Assembly: GCA_021801925.1 (NCBI GenBank) | Contig: JAKABH010000001.1 | Span: 7,964 to 71,963, forward strand | Reading direction: 5' to 3' | Length of the DNA: 64,000 nucleotides | DNA from: Thermoplasmata archaeon | GTDB lineage: Archaea; Thermoplasmatota; Thermoplasmata; Lutacidiplasmatales; UBA184 | Part shown: one piece after another, positions 20,036-28,777 of the stretch | How positions within the stretch are numbered: position 1 is the first letter of the stretch | How the letters are laid out: every line of letters starts with the position of its first letter | Position numbers and translations under genes: made by a program | Notes under the pieces: model-generated | What the model was told of the DNA's origin: nothing | The model's input: the letters and a program-made list of their open reading frames with translations, nothing else | Database searches by the model: none

Positions 20036-21134
20036 CGAGGAGGAGACCGCCGTCCGGGCGGATGCTCTCCGGCCGACCCTCGAGCTCGCCGAGCAGATCT
20101 GGAACCAGCTGGACGCCGGGGAGATCCCCCGGATGCGGCTGCCGCTGCGGACCAAGCAGAACCTCGAGTTCCGCATGCGGGAGGGGGTCTGGAAGCTCGG
20201 CCGCCAGATGGGGACCCGGAGCGCCCGCAAGCTCGACGGCGCGCTGATGCTGCTGCGGACGTTCTACCTCGTCGACTTCATCAACGAGATGGCGAAGTCG
20301 AAGAAGACGTCGACCCTCCGGGAGCTCTACTACATCAGCGAAGCCTGGCAGGAGGCGAAGTTCCACAGCGAGGACGAGTCGAACCTCCTCATCGAGGACC
20401 TGGAGGTGCTCTGCCAGCGCCTGCGCGAGGACTTCCGCCTGCACCCGGAGGAGAACGGCGCCTCCGTCCTCGGGGACCTCACGATCAAGGAGCGGAACCG
20501 CAAGGGGATCGTGAAGACGATCAACTGCCGCGACGACGTCGGGGACGGAGGCTACGCCCTCCCGTTCAACGTCGAGAAGGGGAAGATCGAGTTCGTGAAG
20601 ACGAGCGCCAAGTTCGTCATCGCGATCGAGTGCGGCGGCATGGTCGACCGCCTCGCCGAGAACGGCTTCGACGAGCAGTACGACGCGATCCTGATCCACC
20701 TCAAGGGCCAGCCGGCCCGCTCGACGCGGCGGTTCCTGCGCCGGGTCACCGAGGAGCTCAAGCTGCCCGTCGTCGTCTTCACCGACGGCGACCCCTGGTC
20801 GTTCCGCATCTACGCGAGCGTCGCCTACGGGGCGATCAAGACGGCCCACCTGTCGTCGTACCTCGCCACCCCGTCCGCGGAGTTCCTCGGGGTCACCGCC
20901 TCCGACATCGAGAACTACGATCTCCCGTCCGACCACCTGTCGGAGCAGGACGTCCGGGCGCTGCAGGCCGAGCTGACCGACCCCCGCTTCGGGACGGCGG
21001 AGTGGCGCTCGGAGATCGAGCTCATGCTCAAGAACGGCAAGAAGGCGGAGCAGCAGTCGCTCGCGAAGTACGGGCTCAACTACGTCACCGAGCACTACCT
21101 GCCCGAGAAGCTCGCCGAGATGGGCGTGCTGTGA
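19995..21134 (+). CDS. top6A: DNA topoisomerase VI subunit A
   Basis: STLRELYY (catalytic Tyr), [40 protein letters not shown]. Confidence 0.96.
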   Translation: MPRNRAPAPATTSDEEETAVRADALRPTLELAEQIWNQLDAGEIPRMRLPLRTKQNLEFRMREGVWKLGRQMGTRSARKLDGALMLLRTFYLVDFINEMAKSKKTSTLRELYYISEAWQEAKFHSEDESNLLIEDLEVLCQRLREDFRLHPEENGASVLGDLTIKERNRKGIVKTINCRDDVGDGGYALPFNVEKGKIEFVKTSAKFVIAIECGGMVDRLAENGFDEQYDAILIHLKGQPARSTRRFLRRVTEELKLPVVVFTDGDPWSFRIYASVAYGAIKTAHLSSYLATPSAEFLGVTASDIENYDLPSDHLSEQDVRALQAELTDPRFGTAEWRSEIELMLKNGKKAEQQSLAKYGLNYVTEHYLPEKLAEMGVL

Positions 21135-21141
21135 CGGCGCC

Positions 21142-22362
21142 CTACGGGTAGATCTTCAGCCCGGTCCGCCGTTCGATGTCGCGGATCGCCTCGAGGGAGG
21201 CGGTGCGCTCGCCGTGCGGCACGTGCCCGGACGGATCCGCCTCGATCGCGACGACGAGCGCCCGGAGGTGGTCGAAGACCCGGTCGGTCGCCAGGTCCGC
21301 GGTGAGGTCGAGCCGCACGCCGTCCGCGACCTCCCGGGCCCGCAGCCGGCCGACGCGACCCCCCGCGCCGGGACGGAGCCAGGCGGCGAGGGTCCGACGG
21401 AGGTGCCGCCATTCCCCCGCGGCGCGCCGGAGGCCCTCCGTGCTCCAGTGGAACCGCTCCGTGAGCGGCGAGCCCAGGAGGTACCACCGCAGGGCGTCCG
21501 GGCCGACGTCGCGCAGCGCGACCCGGAGCGGGACCAGGTTCCCGCGCGACTTCGACATCTTCGAGCCGTCCCAGAGGACGAGGCCCGGGTGGACGAAGAT
21601 CTTCGCGAACGGGCGGCGGTCGAGCGCGAGGGCGATCTCGTTCTCGGCGTAGTGGTGGGGGAAGATGAGATCGGTCCCGCCGCCGTGGATGTCGACGGGG
21701 AGCCCGAGGAGATCGTTCGCCATCGCGTAGCACTCCAGGTGCCAGCCGGGGGTCCCCCGGCCCCACGGCCCCGGCCAGGAGGGGCGCGGCGGCTCCTGCC
21801 GCTTCCAGACCATGAACTCCCCGGCCGCCCCGTCCCCCAGCGGGAACGGGTGGCCGGGTTCGCGGACCGCGTGCGCCGCGAGATCGGCGGCCGTCGCGAA
21901 GTTGACCCCCTTCGGCCGGGCCGGAGGGGTGTAGAGCCACTCGGAGCCCTGCTGGCGGACCCGGCCGGTGCGGGCGAGCCGGCGGGCGACCTCGGTCATC
22001 TGGGGGACGTAGTCGCTCGCCCGCGGGCGATGGTGGGGCGCCAGGAGGCGGAGCGCGTGGAGATCGCGAAGGAACCCCGCCTCCTCCCGGAGGGCGAGCG
22101 CCCGCCAGGAGAGGCCGAGCTCCGCCGCCCGGGCATCGATCTTGTCCTCGAAGTTCGTGACGTTCATCACGTGGCGGACGGGGATCCCCTCCGCCTCCAG
22201 ATGCCGCCGGACGAGGTCGAAGAAGAGGTAGGTCCGGGCATGGCCGACGTGGGCCCCGTCGTAGACGGTCGGCCCGCAGACGTACATCGTGAGCGGGCGG
22301 CGGAGGCGACGCGGTACGGGGACCGCGCGGCCGGAAAGGGTGTCCCGGAGCAGAAGGTCCAT
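21142..22362 (-). CDS. cysS: Cysteine--tRNA ligase-like class I synthetase, short form lacking C-terminal anticodon domain
   Basis: MYVCGPTVYD, HVGH, PWGRGTPGWHLEC, DIHGGGTDLIFPHH.ENE, KMSKSRGN; only 406 aa. Confidence 0.75.
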   Translation of the reverse strand: MDLLLRDTLSGRAVPVPRRLRRPLTMYVCGPTVYDGAHVGHARTYLFFDLVRRHLEAEGIPVRHVMNVTNFEDKIDARAAELGLSWRALALREEAGFLRDLHALRLLAPHHRPRASDYVPQMTEVARRLARTGRVRQQGSEWLYTPPARPKGVNFATAADLAAHAVREPGHPFPLGDGAAGEFMVWKRQEPPRPSWPGPWGRGTPGWHLECYAMANDLLGLPVDIHGGGTDLIFPHHYAENEIALALDRRPFAKIFVHPGLVLWDGSKMSKSRGNLVPLRVALRDVGPDALRWYLLGSPLTERFHWSTEGLRRAAGEWRHLRRTLAAWLRPGAGGRVGRLRAREVADGVRLDLTADLATDRVFDHLRALVVAIEADPSGHVPHGERTASLEAIRDIERRTGLKIYP

Positions 22363-22458
22363 CGCCGGACCGCTCCTCGCCCCGGGCCCCTTAACCCTTT
22401 GCGTCCCGGCGCCCGGGGGTTAGCTTGATTTGGGCCGCCTCCGTGACGGAGCGCTGCG

Positions 22459-22695
22459 ATGGAGACGGTGTTCCTGCTGGTCGAGACCGAGGTCGGGGAG
22501 CTCGAGGCGGTGCTCGAGCGGATCCGCGCGGTCCCGGGCGTCACCGAGGTCCAGGCGGTGACCGGCCCGTTCGACCTGATCGTGAAGGTCCAGGCGGCGC
22601 ACCTCAACGCGGCGCTCGACACGGTCGTCCACAAGATCCGGCGGGTCCCCGGGATCAAGGCGACCGAGACGCTCGTCACGGTGGCGGGCGGCTGA
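22459..22695 (+). CDS. Stand-alone Lrp/AsnC ligand-binding (RAM) domain protein
   Basis: VFLLVETEVG...VPGVTEVQAVTGPFDLIVKV...IRRVPGIKATETLV. Confidence 0.88.
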   Translation: METVFLLVETEVGELEAVLERIRAVPGVTEVQAVTGPFDLIVKVQAAHLNAALDTVVHKIRRVPGIKATETLVTVAGG

Positions 22696-22811
22696 GGGCG
22701 GGGCTCCCGCGGCGGGACCGCTCCCGAACGCCCCCGGTTCGGGGGGGTGCCCGTCCCGAGAGGGGATCGCCCCCCGGGTGGAGGTAAATACCGTCGGGCA
22801 GCTCCCGAGGC

Positions 22812-23249
22812 ATGGTCGCCGTCGGAGATCCCCTGCCGAAGTTCGCCGCTGCCGATCAGGACGGAAAGCCGTTCTCGTCCGACTCCCTGCGCGGAAAGGC
22901 CGCCGTCGTCTACTTCTATCCGGCCGCCGACACGCCGGGCTGCACCATCGAGGCGAAGGGGTTCCGCGACGAGCTCCCGAAGTACCGCGCGAAGGGGATC
23001 GAGGTCGTGGGGATCAGCGTCGACGACTGCCCCGCCCAGAAGGCGTTCGCGACGAAGTACGGCCTCGGCTTCACGCTCGTCTGCGACCCCCAGCGGGAGG
23101 TCGCGAAGGCGTTCGGGGTCCTGAACCCCCGCGGCGTCGCCCGGCGGGTCACGTTCCTGGTCGGCAAGGACGGGAATATCGCCGAGGTCGTGGACACGTC
23201 GTCGGCCGACACCCACCTCGCCCGCGCCCGGGCCCGCTTCCTGAGCTGA
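22812..23249 (+). CDS. bcp: Peroxiredoxin (BCP/PrxQ family)
   Basis: GDPLPKF, VVYFYPAADTPGCTIEA, VVGISVD, RVTFLVGKDG; TAAATA box at 22785. Confidence 0.92.
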   Translation: MVAVGDPLPKFAAADQDGKPFSSDSLRGKAAVVYFYPAADTPGCTIEAKGFRDELPKYRAKGIEVVGISVDDCPAQKAFATKYGLGFTLVCDPQREVAKAFGVLNPRGVARRVTFLVGKDGNIAEVVDTSSADTHLARARARFLS

Positions 23250-26200
23250 TCAGCGCGGGAGCGACCCCGGCGGCGCACCGGCAGGCGCGGCTTCGTCCGC
23301 CGACGGCGACGGGGGAGCCGGGGCCGCCCGGCCCCCGTTCCTCCCGGAGAAGGTCCACGCCCGGTCCCCGAGCACCTGGAGCGCCGCCGGGACCAGGAAC
23401 GTCCGCACGACCATCGCGTCGAGCACGACCGCGATCGCCACCGAAAACCCGATCGCCCGGATCAGCGTGAACTCCCCGACCAGCAGTGCGCCGAACGCGC
23501 TCGCCAGGATGATCGCCGCCGCCGTGATGATCCCGCCGGTGCGGCCGACCGCCGTCACGATCGCTTCGCTCGCCGAGCGCCCCTTGACCCGCTCCTCCCG
23601 GACCCGGGTGAGCAGGAAGATGTTGTAGTCGATCCCGAGACCGAGGATCAGCAGGAAGAGGATCGTCCGCACGTAGAAGAACAGCGGAAAGCCGAGCAGC
23701 TCCTGGAAGACGAGGTAGGTCAGCGCCCACGCCCAGGTGATCGACAGGCCGATCGTCGCGATCGCCATCGCCGCGATGATCCACGACCGGAGGACCCCGA
23801 TGAGGACGACGAGCAGGCCGACGGAAACGGCGACGATCAGGATGTCGGTCGCGGTGGCGGTCTCGTCGGCGAGGTCCCCGATCACCGGCGCGCCGCCGCC
23901 GAAGGCCAGGTGGGTCACGGCCGGGTGGGTCGATGCGTAGGTGCCAAAGCTCGCGGCCACCGCACGGACCGCCGCGACGGACGGGGCCGACAAGCCGGTG
24001 GTCGTCGGCTCGAGCGAGAGGAGCACCGTCCGCCCGTCGGAGCCGACGAAGCCGCCGAGGAGGCCCAGCAGGTTCTCCCGGGGGGCCGCCGGGAGCGACG
24101 CGAGGCCGAGCCACTCCGACAGCGGCGCCCCGTACGGGCCGACCGGCGACTGGACGACGGCGATCCCGGACGTATTCGCCGCGATCGAGGTGAGCGTCGC
24201 GAGGTCGGTGAACTCGGTGGCGTTGCTCTCGTTCCCCGCCACGAGGGGGCTCTGGAACGTCACGAGCGCGAACGAGGGGGTCGCCGACCCGTTGCCGAAG
24301 TGCTGGTAGTAGACGGCGAGCCCGTCCGACGCCGGGTGCCCGCTCGGCAGCTGCCCGTAGAAGTCGTAGGCGAGCGGGACCTGCACGGCGACGTAGGCGA
24401 GCGGCACGCTCACGAGCAGCAGGATCCCGAGGACGGCCCACGGGCGGCGCTGCGTCAGTCGGCCGACCCGGTAGAAGTAGGTCCGCTCCCCCCGGATCCG
24501 CGCGTTCGCCCGTTCCGCCCGGCGCCGGAACCGCTCCCCGTGATCCGGCCAGAAGATGCGCGGACCGAGAAGCTTCAGGAACGCCGGGACGAGGGTCAGG
24601 GAGAGGAGGATCGTGAGGAGGATGGCGACGGAGAGGACGCGCCCCCAGTCGGAGAGCAGGGCGACCCCGCTGAACGTGAGGGCGAGGGTCGCGATGATCG
24701 CCGTCGACCCGCTCGTGGCGACCGACTGACCGGCCCAGCCGAGCGACTGCTCGATCGCCTCGTCGGAGGAGCGCCCCTTGAGGAGTTCCTCGCGGTAGCG
24801 GGCGACCAGGAAGATCGAGTAGTCGGTGCCGACCCCGAGGACAAAGACCTCCTCCAGGGTCAGGGAGGTCGTGTCGACGGCCCCGAAGAGCTTGCCGACG
24901 AGGATCGTCGCCCCGAGGGCGAGCGTGAGCGCGATCCCGAGGCCCGCGAACGTGACGACCGGCGTCAGCGGGGAACGGAAGTAGAGCATCGCGATCACGA
25001 GCAGGAGGCCGATCGTGAGCGGGAGGACCAGCGCGAGGGAGTCGTTGACCACCGAGTTCGTGAGCTGGTCGAGCGGGGCGCTGCCCGTCTGGTAGTAGGC
25101 GATCGAGTGGGTCGCGTCCGCGGCGGCGAGGATCGGCGGCACGAGGGTGCCGATCCGGCCGAGATCGGCGTAGACCGGCGAGCCGCCCGAGGCGTTGGTG
25201 GCGGAGTCGGAGATCGTGAACGAGACCTGGATGAGGGACGCCGTCCCGGCGGCGTCGACGTAGGCCGTCCGCACCGCGTACGGGACGGGGAGGGGTTCCG
25301 ACGCGAGCGTCGCGTTCGCGACGGTCGCATTCGCCCATGCGGAGGCCGACGCGGCCGGGGCTGTCCCGTTCGGGAACGCCGACCAGACCGTCTCCATCCA
25401 CGCGGTCGGGTAGCCGACCTCGGGGGCGAGCACGCCGGCGGCGACGGCCCGCTGGGCGGTCGCGTTCGCGGCCGTGGCGAAATCGAGCCCGACGAGCACC
25501 GCGGAGAGGACCGGGAGCGCGGACGGAGAGGGAGCGAGCTGCGGCAAGAGCGGCGCCTCCTGGGCCCGGACCACGGCGGCCGCGCACGTAGCCACGGTGC
25601 CGGGGTCGGCGGCGCAGGCGGCGGAGCCGTTGAATCCCGCCGGGGATCCTCCGTAGCCGTCGTAGAACGCCGCGAGCACCGCGAGGGCGGCGGAGTTGTT
25701 GGCGAACGACGACTCGGTCGCCCGGTACGCCGGGTAGTTGATCGAGGAGAGGTTCCCGCTCCGGCCCGCCGCGAGGGCCGACCAGGTCGCCAGATACGCG
25801 GTCGGCGGTCCCCAGACGAGCGCCGCGGAGTCGTTGACGGCGGACAGGAGCGGTGCGGACCCGCTCTGGGCGGCGCGGATCGCCCCCGCCGCGATCTGCA
25901 CCTGGCCGGCGAGGTAGCCGGCGTAGGCGGTGTAGACGCTCGAGATCGAGGCGACGTCCGAGAGGCTTCGATCCGACTCGAGCGCGGCGGTGATCCGCAG
26001 GATCACCCCCTGGCCGTTCGCGTCCGTCAGATTCGGGCCGACGAACAGCAGGGTCGCGGCGGCGCCGCCCGTCTGGTTCGGGAAGAGACGCGCGAGTTCG
26101 GCGTCGGCGACCGCGCTCGGGGCCGTGGCGGGAAGCGTTTCGGTCGAGTTCGTGGTGACGGAATTGAGGAGCGGCAGGAACGGGACGACGACCACCAGCA

Positions 26201-26309
26201 GGGCGACCCAGAAGACGATCGGGTACCACGGGTGCCGGACGATCCCGCGGGCGAGCCGGCCGAACAGCCGCGCCCCGGCGGTCGGATGGTCGCGGACGTC
26301 GCCCGTCAC
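23250..26309 (-). CDS. MMPL/RND family transporter
   Basis: Two repeats with LGVGTDYSIFLVARYREE and LGLGIDYNIFLLTRVREE; TGGIITAAAIILASAF; large extracellular loops. Confidence 0.92.
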   Translation of the reverse strand: MTGDVRDHPTAGARLFGRLARGIVRHPWYPIVFWVALLVVVVPFLPLLNSVTTNSTETLPATAPSAVADAELARLFPNQTGGAAATLLFVGPNLTDANGQGVILRITAALESDRSLSDVASISSVYTAYAGYLAGQVQIAAGAIRAAQSGSAPLLSAVNDSAALVWGPPTAYLATWSALAAGRSGNLSSINYPAYRATESSFANNSAALAVLAAFYDGYGGSPAGFNGSAACAADPGTVATCAAAVVRAQEAPLLPQLAPSPSALPVLSAVLVGLDFATAANATAQRAVAAGVLAPEVGYPTAWMETVWSAFPNGTAPAASASAWANATVANATLASEPLPVPYAVRTAYVDAAGTASLIQVSFTISDSATNASGGSPVYADLGRIGTLVPPILAAADATHSIAYYQTGSAPLDQLTNSVVNDSLALVLPLTIGLLLVIAMLYFRSPLTPVVTFAGLGIALTLALGATILVGKLFGAVDTTSLTLEEVFVLGVGTDYSIFLVARYREELLKGRSSDEAIEQSLGWAGQSVATSGSTAIIATLALTFSGVALLSDWGRVLSVAILLTILLSLTLVPAFLKLLGPRIFWPDHGERFRRRAERANARIRGERTYFYRVGRLTQRRPWAVLGILLLVSVPLAYVAVQVPLAYDFYGQLPSGHPASDGLAVYYQHFGNGSATPSFALVTFQSPLVAGNESNATEFTDLATLTSIAANTSGIAVVQSPVGPYGAPLSEWLGLASLPAAPRENLLGLLGGFVGSDGRTVLLSLEPTTTGLSAPSVAAVRAVAASFGTYASTHPAVTHLAFGGGAPVIGDLADETATATDILIVAVSVGLLVVLIGVLRSWIIAAMAIATIGLSITWAWALTYLVFQELLGFPLFFYVRTILFLLILGLGIDYNIFLLTRVREERVKGRSASEAIVTAVGRTGGIITAAAIILASAFGALLVGEFTLIRAIGFSVAIAVVLDAMVVRTFLVPAALQVLGDRAWTFSGRNGGRAAPAPPSPSADEAAPAGAPPGSLPR

Positions 26310-26339
26310 GGCCGCGCCGTAGAGCGCGCCAACATAACC

Positions 26340-27311
26340 CTACTGGGCGGGCGAAGCGGCCGGCGGGGCGTGGCCCGTCCGCCAGAGGGTCGGATAGGCC
26401 GCCGGGTCGACGAAGACCCGGGTCCCTTCGACGACCCAGCCGTGCCGTACCTCCCCCATCTCTTTCGATCCCCGGCGCGCGAGGCCGGTGGCGATGAGCG
26501 TTCCGTCCCGCGTCACGAGCGCGACGCGGGCCCCGGCGGAGAACGGGGTCGGGAGCGCGAGGATCCCGCCCTTGGCGAGGCCGGCGCCGTGGGCAACGGC
26601 GCTCGCCGCCCCGTCCTTGAGGACGATCGTGGGAAACTCCCCCCAGACCTCGGCGATCGGATGCAGGAGCGCGAGCAGGGGGGCCGTCTCGCCCGATCGG
26701 GCGACGGCGACGGCGTCGGCCAGCGTCGTGAGCGGGACCGCCCGGCTCTCGTCGAACGGGCCGGTCCCGACCCGGCGCAGCTCCTCGAGGTGGCCGCCGG
26801 TGCCGAGCGCCTCGCCGAGATCGACGGCCAGGGTCCGGACGTACGTCCCCGAGTCGGCGGTGAGGTCGAGGAGGACCCGCGCGCCGTCGACCTCGACGAC
26901 CTCGAGACGGTGGATCGTGCGGACCCGACGCTCCCGCTTGACGGCGGAGCGGACCGGCGGGGTCTGGTAGATCGGGCCCGTGAACTCCCGCACAACGCGG
27001 TCGAGCGCGGGGCGCGCCACGGGGGCGTGGAGGTTGATCGCGGCGACGTACCGCTTCGGGAACTCGAGCACGAGCGGGAGGAGCTTCAACGCGGGGCCGA
27101 ACCCGACCCAGAGGAGCCCCGAGACGTTCGGGTCCAACGTCCCGGCGTGGCCCGCGAGCCGGACCCCGAGGAGGTCCCGGGCCCACGCGGTGACCTGGTG
27201 GGACGAGGGGCCTCGGGGCTTGTCGATGAGGAGGAACGCCCCGGCGGCGATCCGGGCCTCCACGTCCGGGGGGAGCGGCGGGGTCGGAGCGGCCCCCGCG
27301 GCGGCGCTCAC
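26340..27311 (-). CDS. truB: RNA-guided pseudouridine synthase Cbf5 (TruB family)
   Basis: IDKPRGPSSHQV, GHAGTLDPNVSG, IYQTPPVRSAVKR..RVR, SGTYVRTL, PUA domain. GTG start overlapping cmk. Confidence 0.94.
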   Translation of the reverse strand: MSAAAGAAPTPPLPPDVEARIAAGAFLLIDKPRGPSSHQVTAWARDLLGVRLAGHAGTLDPNVSGLLWVGFGPALKLLPLVLEFPKRYVAAINLHAPVARPALDRVVREFTGPIYQTPPVRSAVKRERRVRTIHRLEVVEVDGARVLLDLTADSGTYVRTLAVDLGEALGTGGHLEELRRVGTGPFDESRAVPLTTLADAVAVARSGETAPLLALLHPIAEVWGEFPTIVLKDGAASAVAHGAGLAKGGILALPTPFSAGARVALVTRDGTLIATGLARRGSKEMGEVRHGWVVEGTRVFVDPAAYPTLWRTGHAPPAASPAQ

Positions 27312-27853
27312 GGCCGCTCCGCGTCCGCCGCGCGCAGGAAATCGACGATCCGCCGGGTGACCTCTTCCGGCGGGAGCGCGGTCGAGTCGACCGACAGGTC
27401 GCACGGCTCCGAATCCGGATCGAGGTCGTAGAAGCGTCGGTACCGCGCCCGTTCGCTCTCCGCGCGCTCCCGGATCCGGCGGCGCGCTTCGTCAAGCGAC
27501 TGGCCGTCCCGCGCCGCGACCCGCCGCGCCCGCTCCGCCTCGTCGGCGGTGACGACGATCGCGTAGACCGGCGTGCCGCGGCGCCGGCAGAGCGCCGCCT
27601 GCACCCGCCCGTCCAGCACGAACCCGGGGCGGGCGAGGCGCTGCATCGCGTCGTCGAGCCCCCGGTCGACCTCGGGATGGCTCTCGGCGTACCGTCCGAA
27701 CGCCTCCACGTCCATCCCGCGGGCCCGCGCCTCCGCCCGGAACGCGTCCCCCGCCGAGCGGTAGTCGAGCGCGAGGGCCGCGGCGACCCGACGCCCCGCC
27801 GTCGATTTCCCGCTGCCCGGAGGGCCGCCGATCGCGACGACCCGCCCGATCAC
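27308..27853 (-). CDS. cmk: Cytidylate kinase (archaeal type)
   Basis: IGGPPGSGKST, SAGDAFRAEARARGM, SERARYRRFY; conserved position between DUF106 and cbf5. Confidence 0.92.
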   Translation of the reverse strand: MIGRVVAIGGPPGSGKSTAGRRVAAALALDYRSAGDAFRAEARARGMDVEAFGRYAESHPEVDRGLDDAMQRLARPGFVLDGRVQAALCRRRGTPVYAIVVTADEAERARRVAARDGQSLDEARRRIRERAESERARYRRFYDLDPDSEPCDLSVDSTALPPEEVTRRIVDFLRAADAERP

Positions 27854-28776
27854 GACGCGCCCCCGGTCCCCGCGGGGATCGGAGTCGCCGGCGTCACCCG
27901 GTGCTCCCGGGCGTAGCGCCGGACCCAGAAGTGCTTCAGGATCCGCCGGAAGACGAGCGAGAACGGCACCGTGTAGAGCGAGAAGATGGCGAACCACCAG
28001 GGGATGCCGGCGGTCGGGGAGATCGAGATCACGAACTTCATGAGATCGATGTGCCCCCCGTTGAGCTGGATCGTCTGCTGAACGGCGCTCGCGCTCTGGA
28101 TCACGAGGCCGACCCAGGTGTACATCAGGATGAGCATGAAGTAGGTGATCGCCATCCCCTTGAACTGGGCGATCGACACCTCGCTCGACATCCTCGTGAT
28201 CCGCTCCTGATGGGGGCGCAGGGCGGCGATCCGGTCCTTCTTCCCGGAGCGGATCGCCTCCATCTGGACCTTGCGGAAGGCGCTGCTCCACTTCTGGACC
28301 TTCGCGGTCTTCACCCAGTCGGTCGTGTAGTTGTAGGCGAACGCCGTCACGACCATCTCGATCGCCCCGGCGATCGCCATCGTCGCGAACAGGTGGTTCG
28401 ACGAGAAGCCGATCAACGAATAGAGCGGCCCGCCACCGGACGGGCAGACCGGGCTCGCCGGTGCTACCGCATACGTTCCGAGATAGCAGGCGATCCCGTT
28501 CCGCGTGGAGGTGTCGAACAGCATCAGGAGCCCCAGGAGGCCCAGGAAGACGATGATGAACGTCGAGAACTTGAACGTCGGCCGGGGGGCGGTCGGCCGG
28601 GGCGGGGCGGCGGCCGCTTCCGCGGGCTCGGCCGGACCGCTCTCCGAGGCCCCTACGTCCGCCGTCGGCTCGAGGGCGAGCGGGGACTCCGCCGCGCCGG
28701 CGGTAAGCTCGCTCTCCTCGGGGCCATCCCCGCCCCCGGGGGCGCCGGAAGGAAGCGGGGCGCCGCCGTCGGGCAT
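27850..28776 (-). CDS. EMC3/TMCO1 (DUF106, Oxa1 superfamily) membrane protein
   Basis: TM - coiled coil (QKWSSAFRKVQMEAIRSG) - QFKGMAITY - PWWFAIFSLY; downstream of secY. Confidence 0.88.
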   Translation of the reverse strand: MPDGGAPLPSGAPGGGDGPEESELTAGAAESPLALEPTADVGASESGPAEPAEAAAAPPRPTAPRPTFKFSTFIIVFLGLLGLLMLFDTSTRNGIACYLGTYAVAPASPVCPSGGGPLYSLIGFSSNHLFATMAIAGAIEMVVTAFAYNYTTDWVKTAKVQKWSSAFRKVQMEAIRSGKKDRIAALRPHQERITRMSSEVSIAQFKGMAITYFMLILMYTWVGLVIQSASAVQQTIQLNGGHIDLMKFVISISPTAGIPWWFAIFSLYTVPFSLVFRRILKHFWVRRYAREHRVTPATPIPAGTGGAS

Positions 28777-28777
28777 C

